DNA of 26,577 nt from a virus (IMGVR_UViG_3300002092_000166:1-26577); one strand, 5' to 3'. Shown: positions 15,521 through 24,459, counted from the first letter of the stretch. Made by a program: numbers and translations. The notes: generated by a model not told the origin, from the letters alone.

Positions 15521-15876
15521 GACTTACCTAATTTATCATAACATCTTTTCGAACATACAACTGGCTCTATTGGTTTTCCCATACATCCGCAGTCTCTACC
15601 ACTACAGCAGTATTTTGGTTCTTCTCCTTTGAACTCTTTTCCACACACCATACAATCGACATCTACTAATTTTTTGATGACTAAATTATCATCCTCATCA
15701 AAATCATGACATTCTGGACAATAATGTTTTTCTCCTATCATATGCCAACCATTTTCTGATGCTTGTTCTTTTACATCAGACTCAAGTAAGTATATGTTAT
15801 ATCCTGTATTATAATCCGTGAAATCAGTTCCGCAGTTATCACATTCACCTACAAATGCATCAATTTTTGTTATCAT
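15517..15876 (-). CDS. Cys-rich double zinc-binding-module protein (119 aa; start reassigned to MITK)
   Basis: CDNC...HYCPEC and CMVC...CCSGRDCGC...CSKRC; the ATG at 15876 has an A-rich leader. Confidence 0.7.
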   Translation of the reverse strand: MITKIDAFVGECDNCGTDFTDYNTGYNIYLLESDVKEQASENGWHMIGEKHYCPECHDFDEDDNLVIKKLVDVDCMVCGKEFKGEEPKYCCSGRDCGCMGKPIEPVVCSKRCYDKLGKS

Positions 15877-15946
15877 TTTTTTAAATATTTTTTTGTCTCC
15901 AGACTGTGGCATAACCTAACTGAAGTATTGATTTTACTAGGTTTTT

Positions 15947-15981
15947 AAAAATGCGAGATTTTGCTAGAACCTCGCATTTTT
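15947..15981. terminator. Bidirectional intrinsic terminator after the ParB-MTase gene
   Basis: AAAAATGCGAG...CTCGCATTTTT, a perfect 11-bp inverted repeat. Confidence 0.8.
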
Positions 15982-15986
15982 GATTA

Positions 15987-18434
15987 CTATTTTTGGCTCT
16001 TAGCTCTTTCTTTTATTCTTTCAGCAATTGAAAGTTCTTGTTTAGTAGATTGTGCTTTCTCTAAAACTACTATTTCAGCTTTAATTTTTGTATGAGCAAA
16101 ATCCTCTGTCATATCTTCTGAATGAATGATGTTGAATTTTTCAAGTATTTCGACTAATGCCTTCGGTTTTTCTTTAAGCATAAATCCTTTTGGTAATAGA
16201 ATAATTGCTTTTCCATTATCGGCTAAAATTTCAGAATGCAAACGTTCAAAGAATTTTGTAAGCTTTGGAACCTCATAAGGAGGATTAGAAACAACCCAGT
16301 CATAAAGTTCTACTGCATCATTTTCGTAGTCACATCTTTCAGCAATACAGTCTTGAGAGAAATTATATAAGTCAACCATTTCTGTACTAAAGTCAAAACC
16401 TCTTACAATAAATCCTAAATCTCGAATTGGTTTAGAAAGCATTCCAAAACCGCAGCACATATCCATCACCCATGGTCTAGTATTTGCCTCTCCTTCTGGA
16501 TCAACAAAATGTCTATCTGCTAATGATGCTATTCTTAATGCAGTTGCTGGAGGTGTAAAGAATTGTGAATGATAAACACTATTTCTTTTTTGATACTCAA
16601 TATAGGTTTCATATAACCAATCAGTTCCTGAGTAATCAAATGGAAGGGTACCGTGTTGTTCGTGATACATTGCAACTTCTAAAGGATTTGCAGGGTATGA
16701 GTTTTTTCTATTTTTAAAATAAGAATTATTAAGCGCATACTTTTTATCCACTTTATCAAATTGTTTTATCTCACTAGAAAATTGTTTTATTTCTACTTCA
16801 TCTTCAATTCTTTCTGGAGCTTCTTTTTTTGGTTCCGCAGCTGGTTGAAGTTTTTCAATTTTGGCTTTTAATTCTTTAATTTTCGCATCGGCTTTATCCA
16901 TCCTAACATCTGAAATAGCTTTTTGATTAGCAATAATTTCATTTATTTTATCGGATTCATAGCGCATCAATGCTTTTGTGTAGGCATAATTATTGACGTT
17001 ACTGTAGTAGTTCCCAAATGCAACTGGTAAGCATTCTAAAAAGAAAATTCTTTGAATTTGATTATACTCAAATGGTGTAAAATCTCTTTCTTCAATTGTT
17101 TTTATATCAAATTTCCCTACAAGTTTTTTAACTTCTTCATTTCCATAATATCCAAGCTTTGAAATCATAGCTAAACAAACTGCATTTACCTCAACTGGGA
17201 ATAAACCACTAATAATCTTTTTTGTTTCTGAAGTATCAATTGCACGAATTTGCGTCCAAACTTTCTCTCCGTCTAATTCCTTAGCTCTGTCTGCTCTAGA
17301 TTCGATTTTAGCAATCTCTTCGTTTATTTCAATCTCTTCGTTACTGATTGGAGTTTTAGGTCCTACAACTGGTATACCTACCTCAACCGATTGTTCTGTT
17401 TTAATCCAAACTTGTTTATATCTTCCAATATCACTACCGCTAATAAAATACCCTGTTGCTTCAATTGTATTTTCTCTTTCTCCTGCAAACCAGTCATTAT
17501 ATCCAAAAATTTTAACCCCAAACTGCTTACACATTTCTAGTACAAAATCATCAGGTTTTGTATATCCTGAAACCAGAACTACATTTTCAGCTTCAGTAAT
17601 TATTTTTGCAACTTGCTTTTGAAAATGTGCTAATTCTTTTTTATTAAAACACTTCTGGTCAAAGCATCTATCAACATCTTGCATATCTTCAAATAAGACA
17701 GGATTGAATCCTGAACGATTGGTACATACAGTACAAGAACTACATTCTGGAATTAGCATTTTATCGTCTTTATCAAAACTTGCTAATGATAAATCAAAAG
17801 TGTCTTCTTCAATAGTATCTTTCATTTGTGCAATAGTTCCATAATCAGGTAGTCCTTCGCGATATGGCTGCGCTTCTTTATAAATATCAAGCTGCTTATA
17901 TTCATCACATCTTGCAATTAATATAGCGTGACCAATGCCTAAATGTCCAGCCATAAAATCAGTTCTAACATCGTCGATTAAATCAACAAGTTTTAAACGT
18001 TGCGCGATAAAGCTTTCAGATTTTGCCATCTTTGCTGCAACATCAGCAATTGTATACTTTCCACTGTCGAGCATCTTTTTAAAAGCGTCTGCCTCATCAA
18101 GCGGGTGTACATCTTTTCTCTCCAGGTTCTCCACTATCTGAAGTTCGAAAGCTTCATCATCTGTTAGAACTCGAATGTTAACAGGAATTTCTTCCAGTTC
18201 TGCAAGTAATGCAGCACGGTAACGTCGCTCACCACATACAAGCTCAAATTGTTCAAATCCTTCTTCTTTATCATTCATTGGTCTGACAAGCACTGGCTGA
18301 AGTATTCCATGCTCTCTAATGCTTTGCGCTAATTCCTTAAGTGCATTTTCATCAAAATGTTTTCTCGGATTTGTTTTTGATACGTCAATCTGGTTGATTG
18401 AAATAACCTCTAATGTTTGATTGTTTTTACTCAT
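15987..18434 (-). CDS. ParB/Spo0J-family protein fused to a C-terminal N6-adenine DNA methyltransferase domain
   Basis: N-terminus: NPRKHFD, GILQPVLVR, GERRYRA, ENLERKD and an HTH. Middle: Cys cluster CSSCTVC...C....C and coiled coil. C-terminus: QFFTP, DMCCGFG, NPPY. Confidence 0.88.
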   Translation of the reverse strand: MSKNNQTLEVISINQIDVSKTNPRKHFDENALKELAQSIREHGILQPVLVRPMNDKEEGFEQFELVCGERRYRAALLAELEEIPVNIRVLTDDEAFELQIVENLERKDVHPLDEADAFKKMLDSGKYTIADVAAKMAKSESFIAQRLKLVDLIDDVRTDFMAGHLGIGHAILIARCDEYKQLDIYKEAQPYREGLPDYGTIAQMKDTIEEDTFDLSLASFDKDDKMLIPECSSCTVCTNRSGFNPVLFEDMQDVDRCFDQKCFNKKELAHFQKQVAKIITEAENVVLVSGYTKPDDFVLEMCKQFGVKIFGYNDWFAGERENTIEATGYFISGSDIGRYKQVWIKTEQSVEVGIPVVGPKTPISNEEIEINEEIAKIESRADRAKELDGEKVWTQIRAIDTSETKKIISGLFPVEVNAVCLAMISKLGYYGNEEVKKLVGKFDIKTIEERDFTPFEYNQIQRIFFLECLPVAFGNYYSNVNNYAYTKALMRYESDKINEIIANQKAISDVRMDKADAKIKELKAKIEKLQPAAEPKKEAPERIEDEVEIKQFSSEIKQFDKVDKKYALNNSYFKNRKNSYPANPLEVAMYHEQHGTLPFDYSGTDWLYETYIEYQKRNSVYHSQFFTPPATALRIASLADRHFVDPEGEANTRPWVMDMCCGFGMLSKPIRDLGFIVRGFDFSTEMVDLYNFSQDCIAERCDYENDAVELYDWVVSNPPYEVPKLTKFFERLHSEILADNGKAIILLPKGFMLKEKPKALVEILEKFNIIHSEDMTEDFAHTKIKAEIVVLEKAQSTKQELSIAERIKERAKSQK

Positions 18435-18461
18435 TGTTATTAAAATTTGATTATCAATTAA

Positions 18462-18650
18462 TTACTTTACTTCTTCTTCCTTCGGTGTGCTAGCAATCTT
18501 TTCTTCGAGTTCCTTTACCTTAGCAGTTTCCTTCTGCCACCATTTTGATAGATTGGAATTTGAATCTTTCAACTTTACATTTTCAGTTTCCAATTCTCCT
18601 AATCTTTCTAGAACTTTCAAAACACCTAATCCTAAATTTTCTAATTTCAT
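18462..18650 (-). CDS. Hypothetical coiled-coil protein (62 aa)
   Basis: ATG with an A-rich leader; heptad pattern. Confidence 0.65.
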   Translation of the reverse strand: MKLENLGLGVLKVLERLGELETENVKLKDSNSNLSKWWQKETAKVKELEEKIASTPKEEEVK

Positions 18651-18661
18651 TTTATTTATAT

Positions 18662-19186
18662 TTAATTGTTAATTAATTCAGTTTTAAATTCTATTTTTTT
18701 ATTGTAACCTTTTCTTAGTTCGATGATTACTGTTTGTATTCTAGCGTATTCAAATGTTTTTCTTGGCAGTGGAGTAATTGACACTAAACCAAAATCTTTA
18801 AATTTTCGCATTCGAACATCACTATCTCCAATTGTAAACCAAGGCATGAGAGCAATTATATTGTCGCTCATTTCCATACATTTTTCAAGTATATAATATC
18901 CAACTTTCAATCCTCTTAAATCAATATCTTTTGGTGCATTTTTTACTTCTGCTGTATGGATTGAAAATGGTGGATTCATAACTATAGACTGATATCTACG
19001 TTGTTCTATTAAAAAGAAATCTTCTGGAGCAATTACTTTATAACCTTTTTTTTCAATTGCTGTTTGTAAATTTTTTAGTCCTGGAGTAGGTTCTAAAACT
19101 TCTGTTACTCCTTTAGGAATCATTTTTACCATATAATCACAAATATCTAATGGCGTTTGAAATTGTGGATCAATAACTATTTTCAT
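18662..19186 (-). CDS. Small N6-adenine DNA methyltransferase
   Basis: FQTP (motif X), VLEPTPG (motif I), IVMNPPF (motif IV); 174 aa. Confidence 0.8.
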   Translation of the reverse strand: MKIVIDPQFQTPLDICDYMVKMIPKGVTEVLEPTPGLKNLQTAIEKKGYKVIAPEDFFLIEQRRYQSIVMNPPFSIHTAEVKNAPKDIDLRGLKVGYYILEKCMEMSDNIIALMPWFTIGDSDVRMRKFKDFGLVSITPLPRKTFEYARIQTVIIELRKGYNKKIEFKTELINN

Positions 19187-19380
19187 AAAGAAGTATGATT
19201 TTGATTATACAATTTCACAAGCTGTCGGTTACAGCTATCTCTTTTTTTATAGCTTTTAACAGCTGTACCATTTACTAAAAAAGTAAATTGATTTTTGCTT
19301 ACTCTGTCGATAGAAACAACGAATCCAGAACTATCTAGTATACCCATCATTTGTCTATATTTTTTACTACCTCTGCTCAT
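19183..19380 (-). CDS. Hypothetical protein (65 aa)
   Basis: ATGA overlaps at both ends. Confidence 0.7.
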   Translation of the reverse strand: MSRGSKKYRQMMGILDSSGFVVSIDRVSKNQFTFLVNGTAVKSYKKRDSCNRQLVKLYNQNHTSL

Positions 19381-19805
19381 AGTATCTTTTTTAAATCAGT
19401 TTCTAAATTCAAATAGTTATTTGCTGTGTATCTTAAAACACGCCATCCAAGGCACGTAGCTAGGTTGTATTTAACGCAATCAGTAGAAAAGCCACTAACT
19501 GTCGTATGTCTACTTTTAGACGCGTAAATCCCCTCGTATTCGATTGCAATCATTAAACTGGGAATTGCGTAGTCAAATCGGAACTTTCTATTCTCATCAA
19601 ATTTTAATTCAGTTTCAAAATCTGTAATTTTATTTGTGAGCTTGAACATGTCCAAAATGGCATGAATAGTATCTTTTTCTATGGATCGTTTTACAATTAC
19701 AATCTTTGGTTTAATTTCAGTTGTTTCCATTTTGGAACTAACTGAATCATCTACCTTGAATCCTTTGGCTTTTAGGTTTTTCAAATCATTTTCACTCCAA
19801 CTCAT
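19377..19805 (-). CDS. Vsr/DUF559-like PD-(D/E)XK endonuclease
   Basis: ELKF...RKFRFDYA....IAIEYEG....RH....GF..DC.KYN.A...GWRVLRYT. Confidence 0.75.
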   Translation of the reverse strand: MSWSENDLKNLKAKGFKVDDSVSSKMETTEIKPKIVIVKRSIEKDTIHAILDMFKLTNKITDFETELKFDENRKFRFDYAIPSLMIAIEYEGIYASKSRHTTVSGFSTDCVKYNLATCLGWRVLRYTANNYLNLETDLKKIL

Positions 19806-20668
19806 TTTCTAAAACTTTTGCCTTTAAATTCAATGATGTTGAACATCTCAAATAATCTATCATAAACCCGGCTCTCATACTTATCCTCGAATTCATCTAG
19901 TGCTGCATTCAAATCATTTGGAAAGTCTTTTTTGAAATTGCAGGTTACAAATGTTTTAGATTTTCTACTATAGCGCTCCTCTAGGATTTCTTTAAAAATA
20001 TTAACCTTGCCATAGTTCGAAGCAATTCGTTCAGTTTTTAAATCATCGAAGTACCTGATACCTCTCCACATTGTTTTTTCAAATTCATTTCGATCAGTAT
20101 CTAGTGAACATTTCTCAAACATTGTAACAACTTCATTTGCGGAATATCCTTTGAAGCCAATTCCGGGGATACCTTTAAATATTTTCTCAAAAACTTTCAT
20201 GGTCGATGTTTTACCATTTCCAAAGTTTCCGATTATTAAAAGTCCTTTTTCAAAGCTAGGTTCTGATAACTTGGATAAATTTTCACAATCAAAAAACCGA
20301 TCGTCTTTAGAAAAATAATAAATCAATGGCTCTAGATTTTTAATAGTAATGCCTTCAATTTTTATAAATGGTCTAGCATTTACTTCTTGAAAATTTGATT
20401 TGAATAATTGCCATAATTGCTTTGCAGTAATTGAATATTCTATTTTTTCTTTTGGATCAAGAAGCCCTTGTAGATGCTTTTTATTCTTTTCGATTTGTTC
20501 TGGAGTAGCAAAATGATTTTTATTTTCATAAAATTTAATTTTAGCTTTTTCCTCATCTGTCAAATCTTCAAATTTTTGGCTTTTTAAATTTTCGTACTTT
20601 CTTGGTCCAATTACGAATTCATCGGTTTTACCTATTTCTATTTTGTCCAGTTGTAGTTGTATTTCCAT
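19802..20668 (-). CDS. P-loop ATPase, DnaC/IstB-like helicase loader
   Basis: Walker A GNFGNGKTS, Walker B YFDDL, TCN, RVYDRLFEMFN...GKSFR; follows the initiator gene. Confidence 0.8.
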   Translation of the reverse strand: MEIQLQLDKIEIGKTDEFVIGPRKYENLKSQKFEDLTDEEKAKIKFYENKNHFATPEQIEKNKKHLQGLLDPKEKIEYSITAKQLWQLFKSNFQEVNARPFIKIEGITIKNLEPLIYYFSKDDRFFDCENLSKLSEPSFEKGLLIIGNFGNGKTSTMKVFEKIFKGIPGIGFKGYSANEVVTMFEKCSLDTDRNEFEKTMWRGIRYFDDLKTERIASNYGKVNIFKEILEERYSRKSKTFVTCNFKKDFPNDLNAALDEFEDKYESRVYDRLFEMFNIIEFKGKSFRK

Positions 20669-21242
20669 TTTGTGGTTTATTTGGTTTATCTCTTGAATCC
20701 CATCCGGCTATTGCTTTCTTCCAGTCTTTCATTTTATTTTTTCCTACCATCCAGTTTTTGCTTTCGTAGAAATTCCAAAATGAATGAGCATTAACCCCGT
20801 ATTTTTTTTCTATGATAAAATCTTGAACTTCCAAAAGAGAGGGAGGAGAAAAGTTTTTCTTTTCTCTTTCTTTATTTATTACATTACCATTTACATTAAC
20901 ACTTACATTATCATTTACATTAACAGTTGAATTTGTTGAATTTTGTTCAACACTTTCAACATGTGTTGAATTTGTTGAATTTTGTTTTTTTATTTCAGCG
21001 CTTTTTTTACCTGCTAATGAGCGTTTTTCCTTGATTACATCCCACTTTACTATGTTTCTTTCTAGTTGTAATTTGATAGGTTCAAATGCTATTTTTAATA
21101 ACAAATCTTCTACGCATACCTCAACATCATTTACATATCTAAGTATAATTTTGAAAAGTTTACCCGCAATTTCGTCAGGTAATTGCTCAACAACTTTTAG
21201 TAAATCAGTATATAGGATAAATGATTTCTTATTTTCTGCCAT
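20628..21242 (-). CDS. Replication initiator protein (DUF6291-type N-terminus)
   Basis: KKSFILYTD N-terminus, repeat-encoded linker, C-terminal PPSL.EV...FWNFYESKNWMVGKNKMKDWK; upstream of the loader ATPase. Confidence 0.75.
   Translation of the reverse strand: MAENKKSFILYTDLLKVVEQLPDEIAGKLFKIILRYVNDVEVCVEDLLLKIAFEPIKLQLERNIVKWDVIKEKRSLAGKKSAEIKKQNSTNSTHVESVEQNSTNSTVNVNDNVSVNVNGNVINKEREKKNFSPPSLLEVQDFIIEKKYGVNAHSFWNFYESKNWMVGKNKMKDWKKAIAGWDSRDKPNKPQNGNTTTTGQNRNR
20881..20986. repeat. Iteron-like repeats, probable replication origin inside the initiator gene
   Basis: 22-bp direct repeat GTTGAATTTGTTGAATTTTGTT at 20926-20947 and 20965-20986, with inverted TTCAAC copies between them; adjacent ACATTA-type 6-bp periodic tract at 20881-20924. 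Confidence 0.7.
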
Positions 21243-21243
21243 T

Positions 21244-21459
21244 TTAAAAGTTTAATTTGCTTTGTTTCACTTCAAAATCAATATGAACTTCTTGAACCAT
21301 TTCAGTAAAATCCATCTGATTTAATTTTTCTATTCTTGATACTATTTTATTCATCTCAAGAGATAATTTATGCACTTTGCTATTTGGACAATACGGCATA
21401 AAATCTTTATATGACTTCAATCTTTCAGATAACCGATTTAATTGAGTGATATGATTCAT
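21244..21459 (-). CDS. Hypothetical protein (71 aa)
   Basis: TAATG-coupled to the helicase stop. Confidence 0.7.
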   Translation of the reverse strand: MNHITQLNRLSERLKSYKDFMPYCPNSKVHKLSLEMNKIVSRIEKLNQMDFTEMVQEVHIDFEVKQSKLNF

Positions 21460-23195
21460 TATTTTATACCTAAAGAGTTAATTACCTTATCAATGAACTC
21501 TGTAGCCATCTCATCAGTCGAACCAGTAACAGCGTTACTTATCCCCGCTTTTGATTTAATTAGTTCATAGTTTTGCTCATCAATAGTTTTATGTCCAAGG
21601 AAGTAAGTACATACCATAGGATTAGGTTTCTTGGTATCAAACACACGATCTTCACACTGGAAACAATCCGATGCTGTCCAAGGATATTCCACAAACCCAA
21701 CCTCATGTGCAGCTGAGAAGTTATGACCAACACCAGCTGCTTGAATGTTACAAATCATGATATTGTAATCATTGATAACATAGTCATGATCTTTACCTTG
21801 GTGATGCTCAACCTTAACTCCACATTTGGCGCACGCTTGAAATTTGGTTTTAGCTGCTTCTTTCTCTGCATCATTCTCACGTCCAGTAATTTTAAGAGCT
21901 TGCGGAAATGCTTTGGTAAGTTCATCTACAATAGCATGTAGCACACAAAATATTACTATCTTTTCTCCACTAGCGATTATATCATTTATGTATTCTTTCA
22001 CATCATTAAGTTTGCCTAATGCTGAAATCTTTTTTAGTTCCTGCATCTTAACCATAATCTCGCCTCGAAGTTTTCTAGCAATTTCTGCATCACTGCAACC
22101 TTTCTCTTCAAGGAACTTCACGAAGTCGTTTTGTGCTTTATTATACTCCTCACGTGTGGTAATTGTACAAAGAATAGTCTGTCTTTGTTTTGGTGGTAAA
22201 TTCGATAATACCTCTTGACGTTCCCGTCTGAAAAAACAGTATTTGTTTAGTTTATAATTTAGTTCTTTCAGATTGCTAGAACCATTACCGCCGTCACAGT
22301 ATCGGGGTTTAAATCCTTTTACTCCTCCAAATTCTTTTAAGCGGCCCATTATTGCTAGTTGAGAATATAAATCAACTGGCTTGTTTTTTACAGGAGTTCC
22401 GGACAAAAGAATTATCCACTCTTTTCCTTTAGCAATTTGTAAAGCAATTTTAGTTTGCTGCGCATTTGGATCCTTGAACCTATGACTTTCATCAATAACA
22501 ACTGATTTAAACATATTGATTTTTTCATTCATTACAATATGTTTAGAATGTGTCAATTGTCCTTTTGGTGGCATATAATCAACAAAGAAACTTTTTAGGC
22601 TCTGTGGGTTCACTATGAAGAAATTACTCATTCCTAACTCATAGAATCGAAACCAAGTAGATTTCGTTTTGTTGTCTATAATCATTGCTTTTTCTCCAAC
22701 CCAAATATTTAACTCATCAGCCCAATTTAATTTTAAAGATGATGGGCAAATAATTAAGCATGGAAACACTTGTTTTCCTTGCTCATGAGCTATCATAAGT
22801 GTTACGATAGTTTGTAATGTTTTACCAAGTCGCTGCTCATCAGCATTAAAATAGCGTTGTAACTCTAACCCACGCGCTACTCCTTTAGCTTGATAATCTC
22901 TTAAAGCGCCTAGCTTTAAAGGATAGTTATAAGTTAGTTCTGGAAGTGGTAGAATCTCCCCTATTTCTTCAGGGAGATTCGCACTTACATTGACATACTC
23001 AATCGGATTGAATGGCTTTTGGGTATTAAACAATTCAGCTAAATAGTTTTTTGAATAAGTAGGAACTACCCAAACCTTACGAACGTGATTGAAATATGCT
23101 CCTGGTATTTTTTTAATTGAATTATTATTGTTTACACGAAATCTGTTATACTCAATTTTAACGTGAAATTCGTTTGGGTGTTCAACTATCTGCAT
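21459..23195 (-). CDS. SNF2-family (SMARCAL1/HARP-like) helicase/translocase
   Basis: LRDYQ, DEQRLGKT, ICPSSLKLNW, DESH, SGTP, AAGVGHN, QCEDR; HARP-like N-terminus. Confidence 0.88.
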   Translation of the reverse strand: MQIVEHPNEFHVKIEYNRFRVNNNNSIKKIPGAYFNHVRKVWVVPTYSKNYLAELFNTQKPFNPIEYVNVSANLPEEIGEILPLPELTYNYPLKLGALRDYQAKGVARGLELQRYFNADEQRLGKTLQTIVTLMIAHEQGKQVFPCLIICPSSLKLNWADELNIWVGEKAMIIDNKTKSTWFRFYELGMSNFFIVNPQSLKSFFVDYMPPKGQLTHSKHIVMNEKINMFKSVVIDESHRFKDPNAQQTKIALQIAKGKEWIILLSGTPVKNKPVDLYSQLAIMGRLKEFGGVKGFKPRYCDGGNGSSNLKELNYKLNKYCFFRRERQEVLSNLPPKQRQTILCTITTREEYNKAQNDFVKFLEEKGCSDAEIARKLRGEIMVKMQELKKISALGKLNDVKEYINDIIASGEKIVIFCVLHAIVDELTKAFPQALKITGRENDAEKEAAKTKFQACAKCGVKVEHHQGKDHDYVINDYNIMICNIQAAGVGHNFSAAHEVGFVEYPWTASDCFQCEDRVFDTKKPNPMVCTYFLGHKTIDEQNYELIKSKAGISNAVTGSTDEMATEFIDKVINSLGIK

Positions 23196-23225
23196 TTCTC
23201 TAATGTTTGATTGTTTTTACTATTT

Positions 23226-23774
23226 TTAAACCTCTTCTTCTTCCTCTTCGAATTCTTCTCCAGCAAACATCTCGGTTTGTTGTTTTGGAGCATGTTTACC
23301 TTCCATGTAGGCAATTATTTCACTCTTAAGAAGCTCTACTGTCTCTTTTAAATCTTCTACAAATTTGTATTTTGTAGAATCTAAAATGATTTCAGGAGCA
23401 GTAAATGAGATAGTTTCAAAACTCTCTAATCCTTTAGACCCTGAAATTTTTAATTTCTCAGCATCTCCTTTGCCTTTTATTTCAAAATCTGAAACATAGT
23501 ACTTGAAAAAAGTAGGAAACAAAGAAGTCTCTTTATCTTCCAAATAGTCTTCATAATTATTAATTGCTTTCTCGATCAATGTTTCATCAGTTATCTCTTC
23601 GCAGATAAATACAAAGTGTGGAATCAGCTGTCGAAATGCTTTTCTCAAATCATCATGAATTGGCAAATCTGACCTTGTTTTATTAATGTTTTTTACGTTC
23701 GAATCTGTTTGTTCGAATTCGTAGCTTAAAAATAATGAGCTGACAATTCCAGCCTTTTTAATTAAAATCTCCAT
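23226..23774 (-). CDS. Hypothetical protein (182 aa, acidic tail)
   Basis: Clean ORF in the operon; PIHDDLRKAF..LIPH motif; poly-Glu C-terminus. Confidence 0.8.
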   Translation of the reverse strand: MEILIKKAGIVSSLFLSYEFEQTDSNVKNINKTRSDLPIHDDLRKAFRQLIPHFVFICEEITDETLIEKAINNYEDYLEDKETSLFPTFFKYYVSDFEIKGKGDAEKLKISGSKGLESFETISFTAPEIILDSTKYKFVEDLKETVELLKSEIIAYMEGKHAPKQQTEMFAGEEFEEEEEEV

Positions 23775-23793
23775 AATCTATTGTTGTTTAAAA

Positions 23794-24051
23794 TTATTCT
23801 GTAAATTTTTTCATATGACTAAACCAATTATTAGCATTTTCAATAGTCACGGTTTTTAAATGTTCTTCTGGAGTTATATCTCCTTTAAATCCACTCATTG
23901 TAGCTTTTAATTGAATACCTTTTATAAAGGTTTTAATTTCAATACCAGTTTCATTTTCTCCTGTATCTTCATTATCAACTACTACTAAATGATAGATTAC
24001 TTGATGATTATCATCTATTTGAAACACCTTACAAAAATTATTGTCTTCCAT
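23794..24051 (-). CDS. Hypothetical protein (85 aa)
   Basis: Clean ORF in the operon. Confidence 0.7.
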   Translation of the reverse strand: MEDNNFCKVFQIDDNHQVIYHLVVVDNEDTGENETGIEIKTFIKGIQLKATMSGFKGDITPEEHLKTVTIENANNWFSHMKKFTE

Positions 24052-24063
24052 GCTATTTAAAGT

Positions 24064-24459
24064 TTATTGGTTAAATGATTGCATTTCTGCTTTTGCTTTT
24101 GATATTACTGTACGGCACCAATCAAGCTGGTGAGTGCAACTTGCGTTTAATCTTGTCGCCCAAGTCATTAGATAGGTTTCACTTTCGACCAAAGTGTCTG
24201 TATATTTTACTGCTACACTTGCTGGAAAATCAAGAAGCTTCTGATATTCTTTTATCATTTCACTTCTTAACTTTTGGTCTCGATGGTATTTTGAATCTGC
24301 AACTAGCTTTCCAGTTCTAGCCATATATACTGCTAAATCATTTCCCCGTAATACTGCTTCATAAGCATCTTCTGACATTGTCGTTTCAAGGAAACTTTGA
24401 ATTTCTACTAATTCTGAGATAATATCAATTTGGGTTGTTATAAGGTTATTTTGCATCAA
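24064..24459 (-). CDS. Hypothetical helical protein (131 aa)
   Basis: Clean ORF; RGNDLAVYMARTGKL..D motif; overlaps the upstream gene. Confidence 0.8.
   Translation of the reverse strand: MMQNNLITTQIDIISELVEIQSFLETTMSEDAYEAVLRGNDLAVYMARTGKLVADSKYHRDQKLRSEMIKEYQKLLDFPASVAVKYTDTLVESETYLMTWATRLNASCTHQLDWCRTVISKAKAEMQSFNQ

Noticed and set aside
15913-15946. Imperfect inverted repeat and IHF-like AATCAATACTTCA after the bidirectional terminator
   Set aside because: Weak stem, mismatch to the IHF consensus, and no recombinase or second copy in the window.
16758-16790. Short duplication encoding EIKQFSSEIKQF in the ParB-MTase linker
   Set aside because: Two copies of about 12 bp in a flexible linker; insufficient to call a mobile-element footprint.
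8134-22832. Arg at normally Gly positions in several motifs (protease HSVRM, TerL PPRYRKT, helicase DEQRLGKT), suggesting Arg-to-Gly codon reassignment
   Set aside because: The three sites use different codons (AGA, CGT, CGA), and CGT also encodes the conserved Arg of PPR in TerL. TAA, TAG and TGA all act as stops, so the standard code fits.
23155-23170. parS-like sequence ATTTTAACGTGAAATT
   Set aside because: Only 11/16 match to TGTTTCACGTGAAACA, single copy, inside helicase coding sequence in an AT-rich genome.
24-24320. All plus-strand ORFs in the track (e.g. 24-305, 873-1121, 7903-8223, 14035-14553, 21844-22218)
   Set aside because: They are antisense shadows of long minus-strand genes, with Ser/Phe/Leu-rich composition and no motifs or promoter context.
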